Below, one piece after another: positions 60,836 to 64,000 of a stretch of 64,000 nt of DNA. Source of the stretch: Lepidodermella squamata (lineage: Eukaryota; Animalia; Gastrotricha); assembly GCA_047495785.1 (NCBI GenBank), contig JBLDXI010000054.1:1054001-1118000 (forward strand), written 5' to 3'. The stretch's first letter is position 1, and each line of letters begins with the position of its first letter. The position numbers and the translations under genes were made by a program. The notes under the pieces were generated by a model, which worked only from the letters and a program-made list of their open reading frames with translations, made no database searches and was not told the origin of the DNA.

Positions 60836-62739
60836 ATGGATGTGCGTAATATTCTTCATTTCTTAGCTGGTCTCTTCAACTTTACAACAAAACGAGCTCG
60901 TCGGAAGAAATTCTTAGCGTTTCTGTGGTTCGTTATCCTGTTCTGGGGCTACAACGTCATACTAGCCCTTCACAAACGATTTCTTTTCTACGCAAGCGAC
61001 CAGCCGTACGAGAAATACTCACTGCATGACCCCTACAAACCGGTTAATATACCAGATTTGTTTGGGGCAAATGGAGAGCCAGTTTCAATTGATCCGACCA
61101 GACTAGACATAGAATCGACCTTCGCCGTTATACTGAGGGTCGCTTCACCTACTTCATCAATGAATTTGCATCAGATATGATTTCTCTCCACCGGTCATTA
61201 CCAGATACTAGACACCCAGCGTGTAAACACTTGACCTATCCTATTGATAAACTGCCTGATACCTCAGTTGTCATAACTTTCTACAACGAGGCTTGGTCCG
61301 TCCTACTCCGGACAATTCATTCAGTTCTAGATCGATCTCCGCCGAGTTTGCTCAAAGAAATCCTATTAGTCGATGATTTTTCGGAATTTGACCATCTGAA
61401 ACAGCCCTTAGAAGACTACATCAAACATCTGCCAAAAGTAAGACTGATCCGCACGAAGAAGAATGAAGGTCTTATCCGGGCGCATAACTTTGCGGCGGAT
61501 AATGCGAACGGCACTGTTATAACGTTCATCGATTCTCATGTTGAAGTTCTGCATGGATGGTTGGAGCCTCTTTTGAATAGGATCTATCAAAATGGGACTG
61601 TTCTGGCCCTTCCGGTGATGGATGCTATTGAGGGCGATGATATGAGGTACAATTCAATGTCCCAAGAGTCTTTCGGTACCTTCACATGGGACTATTTGCT
61701 ACAAAGTTACTCATATGTAAGGAAATTTAAGGTTAACGTTCACTCAATCCTGAAACTTTTGTTTGATATCTAGCTTAATAATTGGCGTCAGCAATTGAGA
61801 AATTCTGATGTAGACCCGATATTATCGCCTGCAATGTTCGGCGGCCATTTTGCGATTAGGAGAGACTGGTTTATGAAACTTGGGAAATACGATGATGGTT
61901 TCGAAGTGTGGGGTAAGAAACTACCGTATCACTCTCCAACTAATATTTCCCAGTGTTTAGGATCGGAAAATTTCGAGATCTCCCTGAAAGCATGGATGTG
62001 TGGTGGGAGTATGGAGATCATACCTTGCAGCAGGGTCGCTCATATGAGACGAACGCTATCCTTACCCAGCATTCTACCATATTCCCATCCTTATGCTCCG
62101 ATCAAGTTTTTCTTCCTAAGGAATAACATCAGACTAGCTGAGACCTGGCTTGACGAGTATCGATTCTATTACTACCACACTGCCTGTACCGCTTAGTAAT
62201 AACGTCAACGTAACAGAGAGGAGAAAGCTGAGAGAGAGCCTCAAATGCAAATCTTTCAATTGGTACCTGAATAACGTCTTTCCAGAGGCTTTCAATCCTT
62301 TGGAGGTGATTACCTGGGGCCAGGTCCGGAGCTATCACAACAACATGTGTCTAGAGTCAAAATCAGCTTTCATCGAAGTCAAGCGATGCCGAAAATGGAA
62401 CAGACGTCAGGAGTGGTATCTGAGTAAAACTGGTCATATAAGGCGGGAGGATGTTTGTTGGGAGTTTCAAAACGAAACTTTGATGGCTGTCGAATGTTTT
62501 TACGAGAGCTCACATCAGAAATTTACCCTTCATCAAGTAAGATTATATACACTATATTCTTATAGAAAATGTGTTCTCTCTTTTAGGATAATATGATAAG
62601 AAACAACTTCATAGGCAAATGCCTGGAGGTTTCGAACGATTTGGTCGTTGCAAAGACTTGCGATCCCGACAATACTAGGCAGCAATGGGCGTGGAAAAGA
62701 GGGACACCTGATTTTATGCCTAAATTAAAAACATTTTAA
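60836..62739 (+). pseudogene. GALNT: Polypeptide N-acetylgalactosaminyltransferase (GT27 plus ricin lectin) with two apparent frameshifts
   Basis: Type II TM; SLHRSLPDTR, SVVITFYNEAWSVLLRTIHSV, EILLVDDFS, FIDSH, WG..ENFEIS, CKSFNWYL and ricin QEW/QQW. Frame changes at ~61090-61118 and ~62175-62190 without a usable intron. Confidence 0.8.
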
Positions 62740-62976
62740 AAAAGAAGGATAACGATCGATACGAAGGTTCTGAAAGCTCAAATCAATCCGTGAATTAAAT
62801 TGATTACATCATTCTTAGATGCAGGGAGACGTCATCAGCATATTTTGTCTGCAATTTGATCGCTCTACCTGCACATTCCACTTTTCGACCTTGCTCATGC
62901 TTTGAGCTTCATGAATTTCAACTTTTTTAACCGCAAAAGACCCGATTTACATAGGTTCTAACATTTCCAGCAAAAA

Positions 62977-64000
62977 ATGTTTAAAATCCTAATATTCTCA
63001 TCAGTTATTACTGCTTGCATCCTTGGAGGAACAAGTAAGCCTTTCAAGGTGCAACTCTTAACTTTCATTCCTTTCACCGGGAACGCCCCTTTTGATGGGT
63101 CTGTCTGCAGAGCTGCGATGCAAGTTGCAGTTGATGCATCTAATTCAAACTCCAGCATTTTGCCTGACATCGAAATCGATCCACTTTATCTGGATGAAGG
63201 TCCCCTTTCTCTGGGCATAGCTACGGCATTGATTCAACATCTGAGAGAATCTAAAAAAGATCCCACTTCTTTCACAGCACCTGTTGCATTGGGTTCCTAC
63301 TTCAGCCCAGGTTGCCAAAGGGCAGGTCCAATCCTCCACCACCTAGGCTTTGTATTCGAGGCGATAGGATGCGGTGCTAATGATTTGACAAACCGTCGAG
63401 ATCGTTATCCTAATGTTTATCGCACCAGAGCTCCTGGGCAAAATCTTGTCCACGCTAAGATTGCCGCTTTCAAACGTTTTTCAAACTGGACAAAGTTCGC
63501 ATCGATCGCTTACTCGGAGAACAATTTCGACGTTAGCAACGCTAGGCTTCTGCTTGATATCTCGAAGGCCGTTGGCTTGAATATAGCTTGGTTTGACCTG
63601 GTTTCAGTTATTACCGACGAAACTATCGAGTCTTTGAAAAGTAGCAATGCTAGAGTGATTATTGTAGACTCAGGAGTGATTGAATTCACGACTTCATTCT
63701 ACTGCAAGGCCCATCAATTCGGAATCACCGGGCCTAGATTTGTATTCATAGCCAACTTGTATTCATTCATCGATTTGAAATCAGGCGAACTTGAGAAAGG
63801 CCTGCCTCGTGGCTGTACAAGGCGAATGCTACTGGAGCAATACAAAATTTCAATGTGGTTCGGCAGTTTCCTGAGCCCAGATGTAAATTACGGGAAAACG
63901 GCACTGGGCTATGATTTACACGATTTCGAGGTTCGATTGGATGCTTTAACCAACAGTTCCCGAGTTCCCGATTATCGATCCAGATTCTACTGCCACGATG
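62977..64000 (+). CDS. GABA-B-like class C GPCR, subfamily I, 3'-partial
   Basis: MFKILIFSSVITACILGG...TFIPFTGNAPFDGSVCRAAMQVAVD; the window ends in the shared ...SRVPDYRSRFYCHD motif. Confidence 0.85.
   Translation, partial: MFKILIFSSVITACILGGTSKPFKVQLLTFIPFTGNAPFDGSVCRAAMQVAVDASNSNSSILPDIEIDPLYLDEGPLSLGIATALIQHLRESKKDPTSFTAPVALGSYFSPGCQRAGPILHHLGFVFEAIGCGANDLTNRRDRYPNVYRTRAPGQNLVHAKIAAFKRFSNWTKFASIAYSENNFDVSNARLLLDISKAVGLNIAWFDLVSVITDETIESLKSSNARVIIVDSGVIEFTTSFYCKAHQFGITGPRFVFIANLYSFIDLKSGELEKGLPRGCTRRMLLEQYKISMWFGSFLSPDVNYGKTALGYDLHDFEVRLDALTNSSRVPDYRSRFYCHD

Noticed and set aside
1300-63342. Numerous 60-140 aa ORFs antisense to or overlapping the called genes, or in intergenic DNA
   Set aside because: No recognisable motifs; shadow or chance ORFs. 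No tRNA or rRNA genes were recognised either.

Overview
Gene-dense eukaryotic DNA from what looks like a compact invertebrate animal genome: GT-AG introns of mostly 45-60 bp and TTAGGG-type repeats. The species cannot be assigned from sequence alone. The window is dominated by a cluster of divergent receptors: a partial class A GPCR, two tandem Cys-loop channels with almost no intracellular loop, and seven GABA-B-like class C GPCRs in two subfamilies that partly alternate and show mosaic sequence exchange. It also holds two LITAF genes; three related ankyrin genes, including an NB-ARC/STAND-ANK protein followed by a P-loop-less paralogue; a LicD/fukutin-like cluster with a pseudogene; and a frameshifted polypeptide GalNAc-transferase. 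Two stand-outs: (1) an intronless, secreted, bacterial-type gene (31079-32188), a horizontal-transfer candidate; (2) a complete 7.0 kb CACTA/EnSpm-type transposon (49672-56701, 13-bp TIRs, GG target-site duplication) carrying a transposase, a BEN-like gene and an unexpected SOCS-box gene. Several MITE-like/foldback elements are present, one with telomere-like arms. Exon boundaries were read by eye, and family assignments come from motif recognition, not database searches.
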